From Rhina ancylostomus (Eukaryota): a stretch of 64,000 nucleotides of DNA. Position numbers and translations under genes: made by a program. Of this stretch, positions 48,924 through 61,920 are shown one piece after another. Positions within the stretch are counted from its first letter, which is position 1. Each line of letters opens with the position of its first letter. The stretch lies in assembly GCA_030265395.1 (NCBI GenBank), contig JARFYF010000054.1:11910935-11974934 (forward strand), written 5' to 3'. A model generated the notes under the pieces. The model was not told the origin of the DNA. It made no database searches and saw nothing but the letters and a program-made list of their open reading frames with translations.

Positions 48924-51576
48924 GTATCACTCAGCAATTTTGTTCTATTTGGTTAACATTTCTATATAAAGGGACATTCACCAATAGTAACCTAGTATGT
49001 AACACATTTTATGTATTGGCAAAAAAAGTCTTTAGATGTTTCAGAACAGATACTTATTTTGGTGAAACTCAAAACTGTTTGCTATTGTCAAAGCTGCTTG
49101 TGTAATCTGTTGGAGCGACTATAATCTACATTTAATGGACTGAATTATGCTGCTCCAGTTCAGGGCCACATTCTGGGCTTGCATACATGCACTATGAAAC
49201 AGAAGTCTGAGATTTAATTACAGGCTTGGGAATCCCCGTGGAAAATGCCAGTTGATTTCAGTAGGGGTTTTAGGAGGCAGTGGAGAAGGTAAATTATTTT
49301 GCTTTAATTTAATGTTTTTAATAAATTCTCAGTGATTTGCATTTTTAGTTAACTTGAGTTTTAAAACCACTTTATAACTTTAATTTTTTAAAATATTTAC
49401 TTCAATTTTAGTAGTTGTTTTCAAAGTGCTTCTGAATGTCTTTATTTAAAAAAATAAAGCCCCCACCTGATTTTACCTTCTGTCAAAGGTTGTTAGAGGT
49501 ATTTAGGGAGTTGGGCTTCTGCACTCTGCCGCCTGTGCCCTGTTGCTATGTGGACCATGCTGTTAGGCTCTATAAGGTGAAGGACCAGAGAGGTATGCCC
49601 TCCAGATCCAGCCCAGGCATGCTCGAGTATGTTGAGCTGGGATTCTGTGGAATGAGTGCCCTGCCTGATTGAGTCCATTATTCTAAATGGGTCTGACCTA
49701 TCAGTGATGCGGCACCCTTCCTTCAAAGGTTTGGAGAAGGGGTAAATGAACAAAGAAACTGAACTAACAGATCTTCAGAAACAGAAGAGGTTGACCACAG
49801 AAGATAACTTGATCAGGCAGTTGGGCTCAAGAAGATGCTGGCTTTTGTGCATGGTCACTTTTGATTTAACAGATTTATACATGGGTGATGGTACATTGAA
49901 AGCAGAAAAATTCAGCAAGGTTCCCAATCATGAAAATTTATTGATACTAACCAAGTTCAAAAAGCCTCTCCCCTCCTTGCCAAACGCTGCTCATCATTTC
50001 ATCATGGATGAGAGGTCCCAATAAGGCATGCAGAACCTCAAGGGGAAAAGTGCAAGAAATTGAGGGGAAAATACTGAATGTCATAAACAATGGCCAGAAT
50101 TTTGCAGTCGGTGATGTACATTTAGCACAAGTAGTTCATTACACAAATAATTCCCGATAGACTTTCTGCATCTCAACTGGGCATTATTAGAAAGTGAACT
50201 CTCTATGATGTCCTTAAAAGAAGTATTGGAACTTGCATTGATGGAGTAAATGTTATTTCCTTAATAAATCAGCTTGAAAAACCCTTAATGACAGTAATTA
50301 GATCAATTAAGTCAAAATAAATTTTTGATTGAGAGATTAAAGGGGTAAGACCATTATCAATTTTAACAATTAAAAATCTGAAGCAATGAGACTTAACATT
50401 ATTAAAAGTTAATTTTCATTGGCAGATAATATTATCTTGTGGTTAAAAATATACGTGTGCCTGAATGGACAAGCTCTTTGTTTGCTGCCAGGTTTAATTT
50501 GTATCCTTAATGTGAGTACAACAAGTTAATGCCTTTCTGTGTATTTAGATACTCTTAAAGAGATCTCTATCCATATTATTCTTGGAGAGGAGCTTGGACA
50601 GTAACTTCATGATTCCTGATTTGTATGTGCAGTTGGAGGAATTGAAGTCGTCTTTACTCTTCAGTAACAGTAGCTGCTGATGGCCTCTGAATAGCAGATC
50701 TCCAGCAAAAACAATTAATGCTGCCCTCTTTAATTCCTTTAAATAAAATCTTGGGTTGCTAATAATTGAAGAATATTTTCTAAGGTTATGAGGACACATT
50801 ATTCATTCTGTGAAAACAGTGAAATTATGTGTTTCAGGAACCATAAATTGGGATAGAGTGCAATTTGTCACATTGAATAATGTATCATGCATGGATGGAT
50901 TAATAGACTGAGTGTTTTCTTTATATAATGAGTTTTGTGAATTGTAGGGGAAATATTGGAGATGCATACAATTTAATTCAGCAGCTGAGTGAATCCATTA
51001 TGAGAAATTGTAGACGTTTTGGAGGGTTGATTTTTATTTTTGATCTGTTTTTATGTGCTTTAATGCTGCTGTGTTATGCTGGTCTTCCTTTTGAGGGCAA
51101 ACTTTTTTGGCCTTGGTTTCATGGTCTATAGAATCCAGCTGCTTGGAGTTCTATAAGAGCAGCTCCCACTGTACTCTTGTTTCCTTGGGATTCCTGTTTA
51201 CTGCCTGTCCACAGTAACATGGACTGAAGTACCTTTATAATTTTATAAATGCAGAAAAATATGAGTGGTTTTGGTTCTCTACACTGTGCATCTTTAAGTT
51301 GCTCTACAGTTTCTATAGCAGTGTAGATGTTGCCCCAGTCATGCACTTTTTTCCCCCTGATTCTACACTGTCTTTCCGTGGAACTTCTTGCCATCTGTTC
51401 ATTTTTATTGGATCTGCAATCATATAAAAGAGTCAAGCACATTTTATATAAACTGCTTTGTTCTTTGCTTTTTTTCCTCAGTGTAAATATAATACTTCTT
51501 GTTTTATAAGTGCTTTTTTCCCCCAATTTCATCTAATTTAATAATAATTCACTTGTTTCTCTCATTCTGGTTTCAG

Positions 51577-51688
51577 ATGGGGGAAAAAAACAGAGATGAT
51601 GCTTTGGAAGCCATTAAAGGAAATCTTGCTGGGTTCACAAGGGATGCGAAGATGCACCCAGGCCCCACTTCACATTCCGGTAAATCAG
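51577..51688 (+). CDS. SYNRG: SYNRG exon MGEKNRDDALEAIKGNLAGFTRDAKMHPGPTSHSGKS
   Basis: tttcag|ATG acceptor, G|gtcagt donor, 112 nt; an alternative donor 9 nt upstream is possible. Confidence 0.94.
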
Positions 51689-53649
51689 GTCAGTACTACT
51701 TTAAACAAATGAAGCTTATTATATAAGTAAATGGCTATCAATTTAGATGCATAAAATTTGACAAGAAGATGCTCTTGTCAATGATTTATGATTGTGATAA
51801 ATGAATCATGAGAAGAACTAAAATGATTTGAAACACTGCAGGCTTCCACCCATGCTATCTCCCGTCCCGGTATTTTTCAATACTGAGTGAAAATGATTTT
51901 CTGCTGCACAGCAGTCCACAAGAATAAATGGTGCCAATGTATTTCTTTTTGTTTTGCTCTCCACCCCTATACTAAATCTGCTTGCCAATAGCTTGGCTAG
52001 GGTGGGAGTCTGCTTCCACCAGTGGTAGAACATTGAGTTTTCAACAGGGAATAGGCACTGGCCAAATTTTAGATACTGAATCAGGGGTAAAAATTAATCT
52101 GTTTTGAAAAGGCAAAGGGAAAAGCACTGCAAATTATTACAGTTCTTTAAGCAGTGAGGAAAATATCAATCCTTTAAACAGAAAATTCACATTTTCTGTG
52201 CGGTATTGGCAACCAAACTTCAATTTGATTTCATTACTGCAGTTGGAAAATGTTGGCAATAAGCTTCAGACATAAACCATTTTTGTGTCTTGTACATCCT
52301 AGCGCTGTTGCCCATATCCAAAGATCCTTCTCAAAGGTATTTGCAACCTATTACTGGCAGGGAATAACCCTGAATCAGCCCATGTTGACAGAGCTGTGCC
52401 TCCTGTCAAAGAGAAACTGTTTTGCTGGCTCAATTGATGAATATAGAAGTGCACCAGAGGGATTAGAAAGGTCCTAGGCTTGATCCCTGGTTTAGTCTAG
52501 ACTGATTTCAGCAGCATTAAGGACACCAAACATGGGTTTCTCTCTCCATGTGAAAGGAAAAGAAAAACAACCTGTGATTTTGCTCTTGAATGTGTCTGGG
52601 AGATGAGGTTGGATCAGAATCGGCAACTGAGGTGACTCCTAGCCACTGCCACTGATGCTAGCTCAGGTTTAGCCACTTGAACAATAACCCATAAATGAAT
52701 ATTTAACATTATTTATTAAAATGTTTTTTTTTAATTACATTTTCTAGTCAGTTTTATAATACTGAAGAAAATCCAGCCTCTCATGCAGATTTGAAATACT
52801 ATATGTAAAAAAATTGCTTTGATTTAAGTAATATAACTTCTTGTGTTAAGGCAATAGTCCCATTTGTTTTAATTTTCTGGACCCAAGATGTCTGTCTTTG
52901 ACGCCAGTGTTTTGTTATTTACTGTTTGAGATGTATTAATATACAGTGTTACTACATTGGATTAATTCCTAAATTTAATTNNNNNNNNNNNNNNNNNNNN
53001 NNNNNNNNNNNNNNNNNNNNNNNNNNNNNNNNNNNNNNNNNNNNNNNNNNNNNNNNNNNNNNNNNNNNNNNNNNNNNNNNAATTTAATTGGATCGTGTTT
53101 TTTGTTTGATGTGTTACATGGCTCTTAACAAATGTGGAAACCTAACATGCTACTTTATCATGCTGTGGCTGCATCTAATCTATTCTATCAGCAAGACTGC
53201 ATCTAACAGCATACCTCTGAGTTCCTTAAGGCACGGGGGATATTATTTATGCTTTTTTTCATGTGTTAAGAATACTAACCAATTTACACAGAATCTTTGG
53301 CTTTCCTACAATCTTGGTTATTCCATTTGACTCTGGGGAGGGAAGAATCTGAATAGCAATTATAACCTGCTTTCTTCTTTCGAGGTTATTCCTGGTCTGG
53401 TGTAGGTATGGCTGGCTGTTGTAATGCTTTCATAAAATAAGAAGTGCATCATTTGGAAATAAGCAGTGATAAACTGCTTTTTTTTATATTTAACATGCTT
53501 TGGGGAAAAGAAACAGTAGACAATTGGGAAAAAAAAAGTATTCTCATATTTGGATTTGTCATTTTTTTGCATGATTTTCATACACAAGATTTAGATGTTG
53601 CTTGGTCAGATCAGCATTTAATGGCCTTCAGCAGAGGACAGCTTAGAGT

Positions 53650-53925
53650 GAGCCACATTTCTGGGGTCACATGTAGAGCATGCTGGGTAAGATTAGCAGG
53701 TTAACTTTTCTGGTATCGGTGAACCACTTAGGTGTTGCAATCATCCGGCAAGTTAATGATCATCATTATTGACACTAGTTTTTTTCTTAAACTCTAGAAT
53801 TTATTTAATTATTTGAATGCTCCAGTTACTCTCATGGGATGGGAACTCACTTCTAGATTTTTATTCAAGGTCTCTAATTTGCAAGTGCAATAACTTAACC
53901 ATGCTTCTACACCGCCATGCTACTA
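53650..53925 (-). mobile_element. Degenerate SINE of the 27832/33315 family
   Basis: ctggggtcacatgtagagcatgctgggtaaga...gtgaacc and catgggatgggaactc are reverse complements of that family. Confidence 0.5.
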
Positions 53926-55049
53926 TGTGAAGATTGTTTTGCACTTTCATTGCAGTAATCTATATTCAGGTCATTTCCAGAAGACACGTGATACTGTATT
54001 CATAATGTGCAGATTTTTGCCATGAAATATTTTGAATAACATGGTGGTCATTTGGCTAATTAGCACCATTCTGTCTTCTGCTGCACATAGTAATGTACCA
54101 AATATATACCGAATTAATTGATTCTCAAATGTTGACTGACAACAGAGAAATTAGTGATTTTGTATTTGCAATAAAAAAATATAGATAAATTGAAATCAAA
54201 CCAAATAATTAATAACTTCTTGACCCATTCCAAAGAAAATTATGTTCAGGCAACAATTTGATGTCACAATGTCTAATCAGCTTTTTCTCACCATGCTTTT
54301 TGCTGCTGCTTTTAGTGCAATGGAAAGCAGTCATCGTTTGCAAGCTCTAACTCTTTGGCACTTAACCAATTTACAGGGTGTACACTGTGCTAATTCAGTT
54401 ATTACCAGCCTTTCCTAACACTGTGTAATAAAACATTTTCAATGACTGTTTTAGTCAGCATAAACCCAGTAACTGAAAAGCGATGTTTTAATACAGTATG
54501 AAATGTCAATGAATTGAATCCTGGAATTGCTCATTTATCATGAATCATTTATTAAGCCCTGAAATGTTGGCTCTTGAAAGTGTGGAGTTGGGAATGGAAG
54601 AGATCTGCAGGATTACATTACCACCACCCCAAATTTATTATTCCCTTCTTCAGCGCAAGTGTTGAGCTTAGCTGTTGGTGCAGCTTTGTTTTCTGTCTCT
54701 GGAAGTGTTACTTATAGAGTCTAGCATTTTCTCACTAAACAGTTGTGTGCATCAGCAATGTTTATGCTGGTTTCCATGCTTTATTTTTACTAATCTTTCC
54801 GCTGGTTTCACACACTTATCAATTTTCCTACATGCAGAACAAAAAAAAAATGAAGGTTAATTTCTGAGAATTGGAGGAGAGATGCTTGTTCTGAAAAGGC
54901 TGTTATAGTCTGGGCTTCTCTGTATGTTTTTAGAAACAGATAAACTGATATTTGTTCAGAGAGTTAATATTAATCTGCCTACGTGTACTTGTATTTTTTG
55001 ATTTGTTAGTTTAATTTGTGTTGCCTTATTTTGATTTATCATTTTACAG

Positions 55050-55322
55050 ATACTCCCCAGTCATCCCTATCAGCTGCCCCTCCTTCCCAATCCCCTGCTT
55101 TTTCTGACGATGAAGAATTCAGTGACTTTGTTCAAGGGCCTGATTCTGCCGCACCTGCGGCTCCCGCCAGTTTCCAGCATTTCCAACCCTTCCACCCCAC
55201 ATTAGAGTGTGGGCTGCAGTCTGAGCTGGCTGCAGCTCCGGCCCAGCCTGTTACTTCAGTCCATCCCAAAGCTTCATCTGCATTGTATGCCACAGCAGGG
55301 TATTCAGCAAAATACAGCCAAG
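55050..55322 (+). CDS. SYNRG: SYNRG symmetric (phase 1-1) exon DTPQSSLSAAPPSQSPAFSDDEEFSDFVQGP...SAKYSQ, likely a cassette exon
   Basis: tttacag|AT acceptor, G|gtaaca donor, 273 nt open frame; acidic-Phe motif DDEEFSDF. Confidence 0.85.
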
Positions 55323-55675
55323 GTAACAAGTACTGAACTTATTTTAAATTGTTGATTTAAAAAAATACTCAAATTTATGAAAAAGAAATTATTCTATTGA
55401 AATTGTGTGATTGCAAACTATTTTAAATTTATTAAATTAATTTATTATCTATTTTCAACACAAAAACATAACCATAATGAATTATTTTAGATTTTTGATC
55501 CTTTATGTCAAAAGAGAGTGTTTGATTTTCTTTATTTAAATATGGATACGTTCTTAATTGCTACAGCATCTTTAGGAATTGAGGCTTCATCTTTAAGTCT
55601 AAAAGTTCATTGTAACTAACTTTAAATTTGCCAAACTAAGCTGGGAAACGCTTGTTCCACCTCCTGTTTGTTTAG

Positions 55676-55915
55676 GCCTTTCATTGGAAGAGAAAATGTT
55701 TGCTTCCTGTGATTTCAGCATGCCTAAAAAGGCACACAATAAATTTAACAAGTCTGAGCCAATGGCCCGCATAGGGTCTAAAGCCTCAGTCTCGACTCGG
55801 TTTCAGCCCAGTGCCAAGGCCTGTAACTGGGGCATCCAGTCTGAAAGCCTCAGTGGTGTCTTCACAGCAGACATGCCAAAGGATCCAGAGCCAGAGTCAC
55901 CTGCCAAAGAGAGTG
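55676..55915 (+). CDS. SYNRG: SYNRG exon GLSLEEKMFASCDFS...ESPAKES
   Basis: tttag|GC acceptor, G|gtgagc donor, 240 nt; SLEEK..SCD matches the orthologue. Confidence 0.9.
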
Positions 55916-57737
55916 GTGAGCAAATTATTTATTTCCAAATCACTAATAACCAGGCTTCTGCAAAATCAGAGCAATTATATCACTTTTTAATTTCAGTTTT
56001 ATAATTTGTTAACCTCTTAATAATTAACTCTCATCGTATAATGTCACTGTGATCTGTCATAATTCACATGCCTGAATGACAGATGTTTGCACCTCAAATC
56101 TATTCCAACATGTATTGAACATTACTCGAGGCAGCTGCATACTGCTCTGTGTGAAAATGAGTTTCTCTGTTATGTTGTAAGAATTCTGTGCAGATTATAC
56201 ATTGTACTTCAAATTTAGTCTTTGTAAGTAATTAAGCCAGTCAGATAGAAGAAAGTAAAATTTCTTGCAGTAGTGCCTTTCAAGACCGTAGTGCAATTAG
56301 AAAGATAATATTAGTTAAGTTTCCACTTTTAGGATTCATGTGCAGTCTTCTTGACTTGATTTGTTGAGCATTAAAACCATTAATATTGAAATGCTGGACA
56401 CCAGGAAAGAATGCTACCAACACTTCTCTATTATTAAAGTTTCTTGAGATTAAAATGTATTATGTCAAAGACTATTATTAATGTGGTTATATTAATTTCA
56501 AGTCTCTTGAAATTCTCTGAAAAATATTAAATAATTTTGCAGGAACTTTAAGATATTTGCATGCTTTATATAAGCTTGATTACCCATACCAACTTAAAAA
56601 TGAATTGCCACATTCACTTTTCTTGTGATTAAGTAAGTGATGTAAGTTAAATTATAGATAATTATCATCATTATAATCTCATTTTTGCCATCTCATCAAA
56701 ATTCAGTATTCATCTGCCCAAGATTATTCTGTTTGGTATGCTGTTATTCATGTGTAAAGTAATACGATTCACCTGGTGCTCATCTTGTATAGTAAACTTC
56801 TTACACGTGAGCTTTCACTTCTCTTTCAACCAGGTATTATTTAGTGGAAACTTTCTTAAATCATGCCTTACCTTTAGCAAACCATGTCACATTTTGTTGA
56901 TTTAGAATTTCTTTACAAGGAATACCACATTATGAACTAAAATAAACTTGGTATTTCACCGACAAAATAATTGAGAAGATGTGTGTGCAAATTGTAAACC
57001 AGCAATGCAGTCTTGCTTACTATGCATTCAAATGGAAGCAATATCCTTTCAGTGGACATCGTTAATGACTTTAAAAGCTGGAAGTTGTTTCCTTGTCACT
57101 CTGGATTGCAATACCACAGTATGAGGGGATGTGATTATTGCCCATGGATTTTTTTTGCTCCTCCTCAGCAGTACTTTAGAGGAGGACTAAGAGGAAGTGA
57201 GATGTTTCCCCAAAAGGAAAGGTAATTTTGCAGCCTCTTATGCCTCCTGGTGGCCAATTCAGAAGAAGGTTTTAAAATAGAGTCTGGTTAGTGCATGGTT
57301 CATGAAGATCAGAAAATTCATGTGAGAAGTGTGGAGAGGGAAATGTGGGGTTGGTATGGTTTACAAAACACAAAAAATGATAGAATTTCTTTGGAAGTGG
57401 AGACTCCTCTTGAACTATTTCCTGAAGTGTTCTGCATTTAAGTCCTGACAGTTTCAATGTATCAGTCAATGGGAATAGTACTTGATAAATCAAAAATGTT
57501 GTATTCTTCCTAGGATTGAATAACAATAAGAAACTGAGTTAATTATCTAGTTTTCTCTTTTATTAACATTGCACTAATCACTTTGGTAGTTTTTCAGAAA
57601 TTGTAAACTGGAATTCAGCATGTTGAGAAGAGATGTCACAATGCAGTTTACATAAAGTAGTTCTGGGATAAGTCTTGTACGCTGTGCTGTGCCATTTTAT
57701 TTCATTTTGTAATTGTTCATTTACTTCATCACTTTAG

Positions 57738-57815
57738 GTGTAGGAGTATACACTTCACAGGATACACTTCAGCCTATGCTGCCTCCTTGGCTTTTCAATG
57801 ATAGTCTTGTCCCAG
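57738..57815 (+). CDS. SYNRG: SYNRG exon GVGVYTSQDTLQPMLPPWLFNDSLVP
   Basis: ctttag|GT acceptor, G|gtacag donor, 78 nt. Confidence 0.94.
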
Positions 57816-58398
57816 GTACAGTGGACTTTGTGTCTGTTCAGATCTCCAGATGAAAGTAGTTAATGTGATTGTTTTCACAGTTTCATTGCATTCCTGTCTA
57901 TTTTTCATTCACTTTTTGAAAAATGGTACTGCAGGGCAACCATTTTTTTGCCCTTCTTTAATTGTCCATTGGATGGTGGTGATGAGGCATTATTTTGAAA
58001 TAATGTGTGAAGAGTGAAGGTACTACCGAGTGAAGGTACTCTTGCACTGATGTTTGGCAGGGAGCTTAAGAATTTAGACCCTATATATTTTTATTATGTA
58101 TTTAAACAATTCAGCTGTTAATGTATTTTAGGAAATACAGTTTTACTCAAGTAAGCTAATTATACAGTAACTTAGCTCAGATTTTGTAAACATTGCTGTA
58201 TTTTCTTTTTGTAAATTCCTCCTAAATCTCTCTATTTCTTTTAATTCACCTCAGTGATAGTAATATAACTGAGTATGGTTGTTGAGTGGTGGGTATAGGA
58301 TGGAACTCTTGATGAAAAATAGAGCAACAGGTCTTGGAAAAGAATTTCAGAATGGTTCAAATACATTCTTGTAAATGTACAAAATAATGTTCCAACAG

Positions 58399-58595
58399 AA
58401 CTCTACAAGAAAGTTCTTGAAGTCTCTCTCACCCCTGTGGGCATTGATACAGCAAAACTTTATCCTATTCTTCTCTCGTCCGGATTACCCAGGGAGATGC
58501 TGGGTCAGATATGGGCTTTCGCTAATCGAGCAACACCCGGCAAACTTACGAAAGAGGAACTGTATACTGTATTGGCTATGATAGCCATGTCACAG
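58399..58595 (+). CDS. SYNRG: SYNRG EH-domain exon ELYKKVLEVSLTPVGIDTAKLYPILLSSGLPREMLGQIWAFANRATPGKLTKEELYTVLAMIAMSQ
   Basis: aacag|AA acceptor, CAG|gtattg donor, 197 nt; EH signature SGLP..L.QIW. Confidence 0.98.
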
Positions 58596-59260
58596 GTATT
58601 GCAACATTGTTAATTTTCCATTATTAATTATTTACCTTCAGTGATCTGGATTATTTTATAATTTTCAAATTATCACCTTGTTACAGAATGCATAAATGTA
58701 AATTGTAGTAGGTGATGGCTGAATGCATTCCGGTCTGCAAATCTGCAGAGGAGATGATGGATATTTGGAAGGGATAGAGCTGGTTATGTGATTGAGGAGT
58801 TCAAAAGAATCTTAAGTATCTCAGAACTGACTACTAGTACCTTATGAATATATTATTGAGATTGTTTAAAGACCTTGTTGAGCACATGTATAATGAAGCT
58901 TGTGGATTTTCTCCCACCTCCCAGAGCATTTATAATCCCAATTTCTCATGGTGTTTAAACTTTATCAATAACATGCAAAAAAAACCTCAGGAAATAACTG
59001 GTTTTCCTTTTAAAAATATAACATTTGTAATACAGAAAATCGCTGGCAGAAGCCTCAATTGACAGAAATTATTTACAAACATTGGGTTGTCAAATTAAAA
59101 ATACCCTTAGGTGTGTAAAATATATGTTCAATCAGCAAGTGAATATAATCGGAAACTTCATATTTCTTGGTTGATTGTAGGGTAGCTAACATATAAATTG
59201 GTTAACATCTGTATATGCTTTTGATTCTACATTGTAATAGTTAGTGGGTTTTTTTTCCAG

Positions 59261-59515
59261 AGGGGCATTCCTGCATTGAATCTTGAAAATCTCAACCAGT
59301 TATCATCTGCTCCTATTCCTACGTTAAGTGCGTTGCAGATGACTTTACCTACTTCAGTTCCACAGCAGCCCATGATTTCGGTGCCATCTGGTCCAAGTGC
59401 AAGTCTGTCTGTTCAAGCAGGCCAGTCTGTGGTAGGAATGGATCTTTCTGCACCAGTGGGTGGCAGCACAGTCCCAGTTTCCAGCGGTTTTGTGGCATCT
59501 TTTCCTGCCAGCCAG
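59261..59515 (+). CDS. SYNRG: SYNRG exon RGIPALNLENLNQLSSAPIPTLS...SSGFVASFPASQ
   Basis: ttccag|AGG acceptor, CAG|gtaaca donor, 255 nt. Confidence 0.95.
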
Positions 59516-60859
59516 GTAACAGTGTTATTAAAACAGTAAGTTCATGATGTAGAACAAAATATTAACCGAAGCACATGGTACTTCTGTGATTGAGAGTTAG
59601 ATATGGAAGTACAATGAATTATTAACTTAATCAAAAAATAGTACTAAGACTATCAGCTGCCACCTTCTGTTATCACAGCATTAACAGCACCTATACACTC
59701 CATGTCTGCATAGTGCTTTCTCATTCATAAAACAATTACCTCTCTAATGCAATGCACCAGAGATATCTAATAAAAGGGAAGGGGTTTTAATATCTTTTAA
59801 TAGTCAGCCAGCCAAAACGAAAATACATTTGCAAAGATACTCTGCAAAAATAGCAAAAAGATGAACCTGCATTCTTATAATCATCAATGAGAAAGATGTA
59901 GTGAGAAGCACCATCCAGCCATTGCCTTAGTGAATAATGAGGATTTTCTCTCCATGGTGCTATTGATTATATACCAGCTTCTGCATTATTTCCAAATTGT
60001 GATGTTGTGCAAAATAGAGCATTGATGGAGCTCCATGAGCTGGTTGGTAACTTCAGGTTAGCATTCAGCAATCCAACTCCCAGTCAATGTTTTTTCTCAA
60101 CAGTTTGAAAGTTCTCTCTTCACATTTTTGACCTCATGTTGTATATAGTTCTTAAGGCACCATCAACCATCCGGAACCTAGCCTAAGTCCACATTTTACT
60201 GTGTGAACAGGAGATAGTAAGTTTGATCCCAATACAGGACAATCCCATCCTCTTGGTAATATATCAGTATCCTATTCATGTTCACATTTACCTCCACTTT
60301 CTCTTATTGGATAGTGAACAGGGTTTGAGGATCCTCATTGGTCTTGCTCTCTTTTTCTCTACCACCATATTTTATAATCCATTTTTACTTTATTGAACTT
60401 TATATTTTGAGTTGCAAAACTGTCTTTTTTAATGATTGGTGATGCTCTTGCAGAATAATAATTTCAAGTTAGTCACAGAGTAGATTGACTCAATATTGTA
60501 TGTAGTCTGTAAGCAAATCAATATTCTTACGCTAATGCTTTTGTTTAACCCTTTTAATACATGCATTTTTGAATAGAAATTAGAAATAGTTACTAGAACT
60601 GTTAACAGATCAGATAAAAACTATTTATTGTAAGTACTAGTAGGAATTCTTAGACTTTCCCATAAAAATAGAGGCCCATCAGTTGTAAGAATTGTATGGA
60701 TTAGTGGCTTGTACTTAGTTATTAAGGTTCAAAGGCAGAATTTTGTAGGTGCTGGAAATCTAAAATAGAAACTGATTTCTATGCAGGTGCTGTAGTTTTG
60801 TTCAATAGAAGGATTATCTTCCTGGATGTCAGTGCTGCAGTCTTTAGTCTCTGCATTCT

Positions 60860-61505
60860 GGGTGGTGATGCAGCAGTTAATGCAGCTGCCTCACATCTCC
60901 AGGGACCCACATTCAATTCTGACCTTGGCTGTTGTCTGCATAGAGTCTGTAAGATCTGAGGGCACAGCCTCAAAGTAAAGAGATGTCCCTTTAAAACTGA
61001 GATGAGGAATTTCTTCAGCCAGAGAATGGTGAATCAGTAGAATTCATTGCCACAGAGGGCTGTGGAGGCCAAGTCATTGGCCTGTGGATGACTTGGCCTC
61101 TGCCTGTGGAACCAGAGATTGATGGGTTCTTGATTGGTAAGGGTGTTAAGGGTTACAGGGAGAAGGTGGGAGAATGGGGTTGAGAAAAAAATCAGCCATG
61201 ATTAAATGGCAGAGCAGACTCGATGGGCTGAATGGCCTAATTTTGTTCCTATATCTTATGGTCTTATGGCATATTCTCCCATAACTGTGAAGATTTTTTT
61301 CAGGGTCTGTCAATTTCCTCCTGGAATTAATATATCAGCGAAGATGTGCTGATATATTAATTGGCTAAAAGAATCAAAAGGGGAAGTTGAAAGCCTGTGA
61401 GAGGCACTGAGTTGCAGGTCTACAAGATGTGGAAGATTGTGATTGATGGGATTTCTCTGCTGGCAGCCAGTATGAACTTGATGGGCTGCATGGTCTCTTG
61501 TGTCT
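60860..61505 (+). mobile_element. HE1-like SINE interrupted by a 5'-truncated CR1 (about 60951-61269)
   Basis: The SINE head ends at ...gcatagagtctgt and resumes at catattctccccataactg after a CR1 3' end terminating tcttatggtcttatgg. Confidence 0.8.
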
Positions 61506-61780
61506 TAATAAATATGATCAAGCCGGAAGTCTTGTGAGGATTAAATTACTGATTCATGATGATGCTTCGAAGGGACATTTTAAATGTTGTTTGTAGTTAT
61601 TTGTTTGGCTGAAGGACACACGAGGCATAAAGTTGCAGTGTGATAATTTTGGCAGTGTAGGTCAAGTGAATAAAGTTCAAGTTGTGCATAAAAAAAAGTG
61701 CAATATGATATATTAGCAGAGACAAAACATTATTGTTAAGATTAAGCATATCACAAGATTAAAACCTTTCCTTTATCTAG

Positions 61781-61920
61781 GCTGCAAAATCTGATGATGA
61801 TGACTTCCAGGATTTTCAGGAGGCTCCTAAGCCCAATGCAACTGATGATTCATTCAAGGGATTCAAGGGTGAAGCATCTGGAACTTTATCAAAAGCATCA
61901 AACTCACAAACTGCAGTCAG
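61781..61920 (+). CDS. SYNRG: SYNRG exon AAKSDDDDFQDFQEAPKPNATDDSFKGFKGEASGTLSKASNSQTAVS
   Basis: atctag|GCT acceptor, AG|gtttga donor, 140 nt; DDFQDF gamma-adaptin-ear-binding-type motif. Confidence 0.95.

Noticed and set aside
48924-48931. U12-type donor (gtatcact)
   Set aside because: Does not match GTATCCTT, and no U12 branch point is evident before the next acceptor.
49100-50500. Possible old DNA-transposon-derived region
   Set aside because: Composition shifts are suggestive, but I cannot identify TIRs or transposase motifs.
58012-58040. Local duplication gagtgaaggtact x2 (also ccatgatat x2 near 17268)
   Set aside because: Ordinary small tandem duplications in intronic or decayed repeat DNA with no functional indication.
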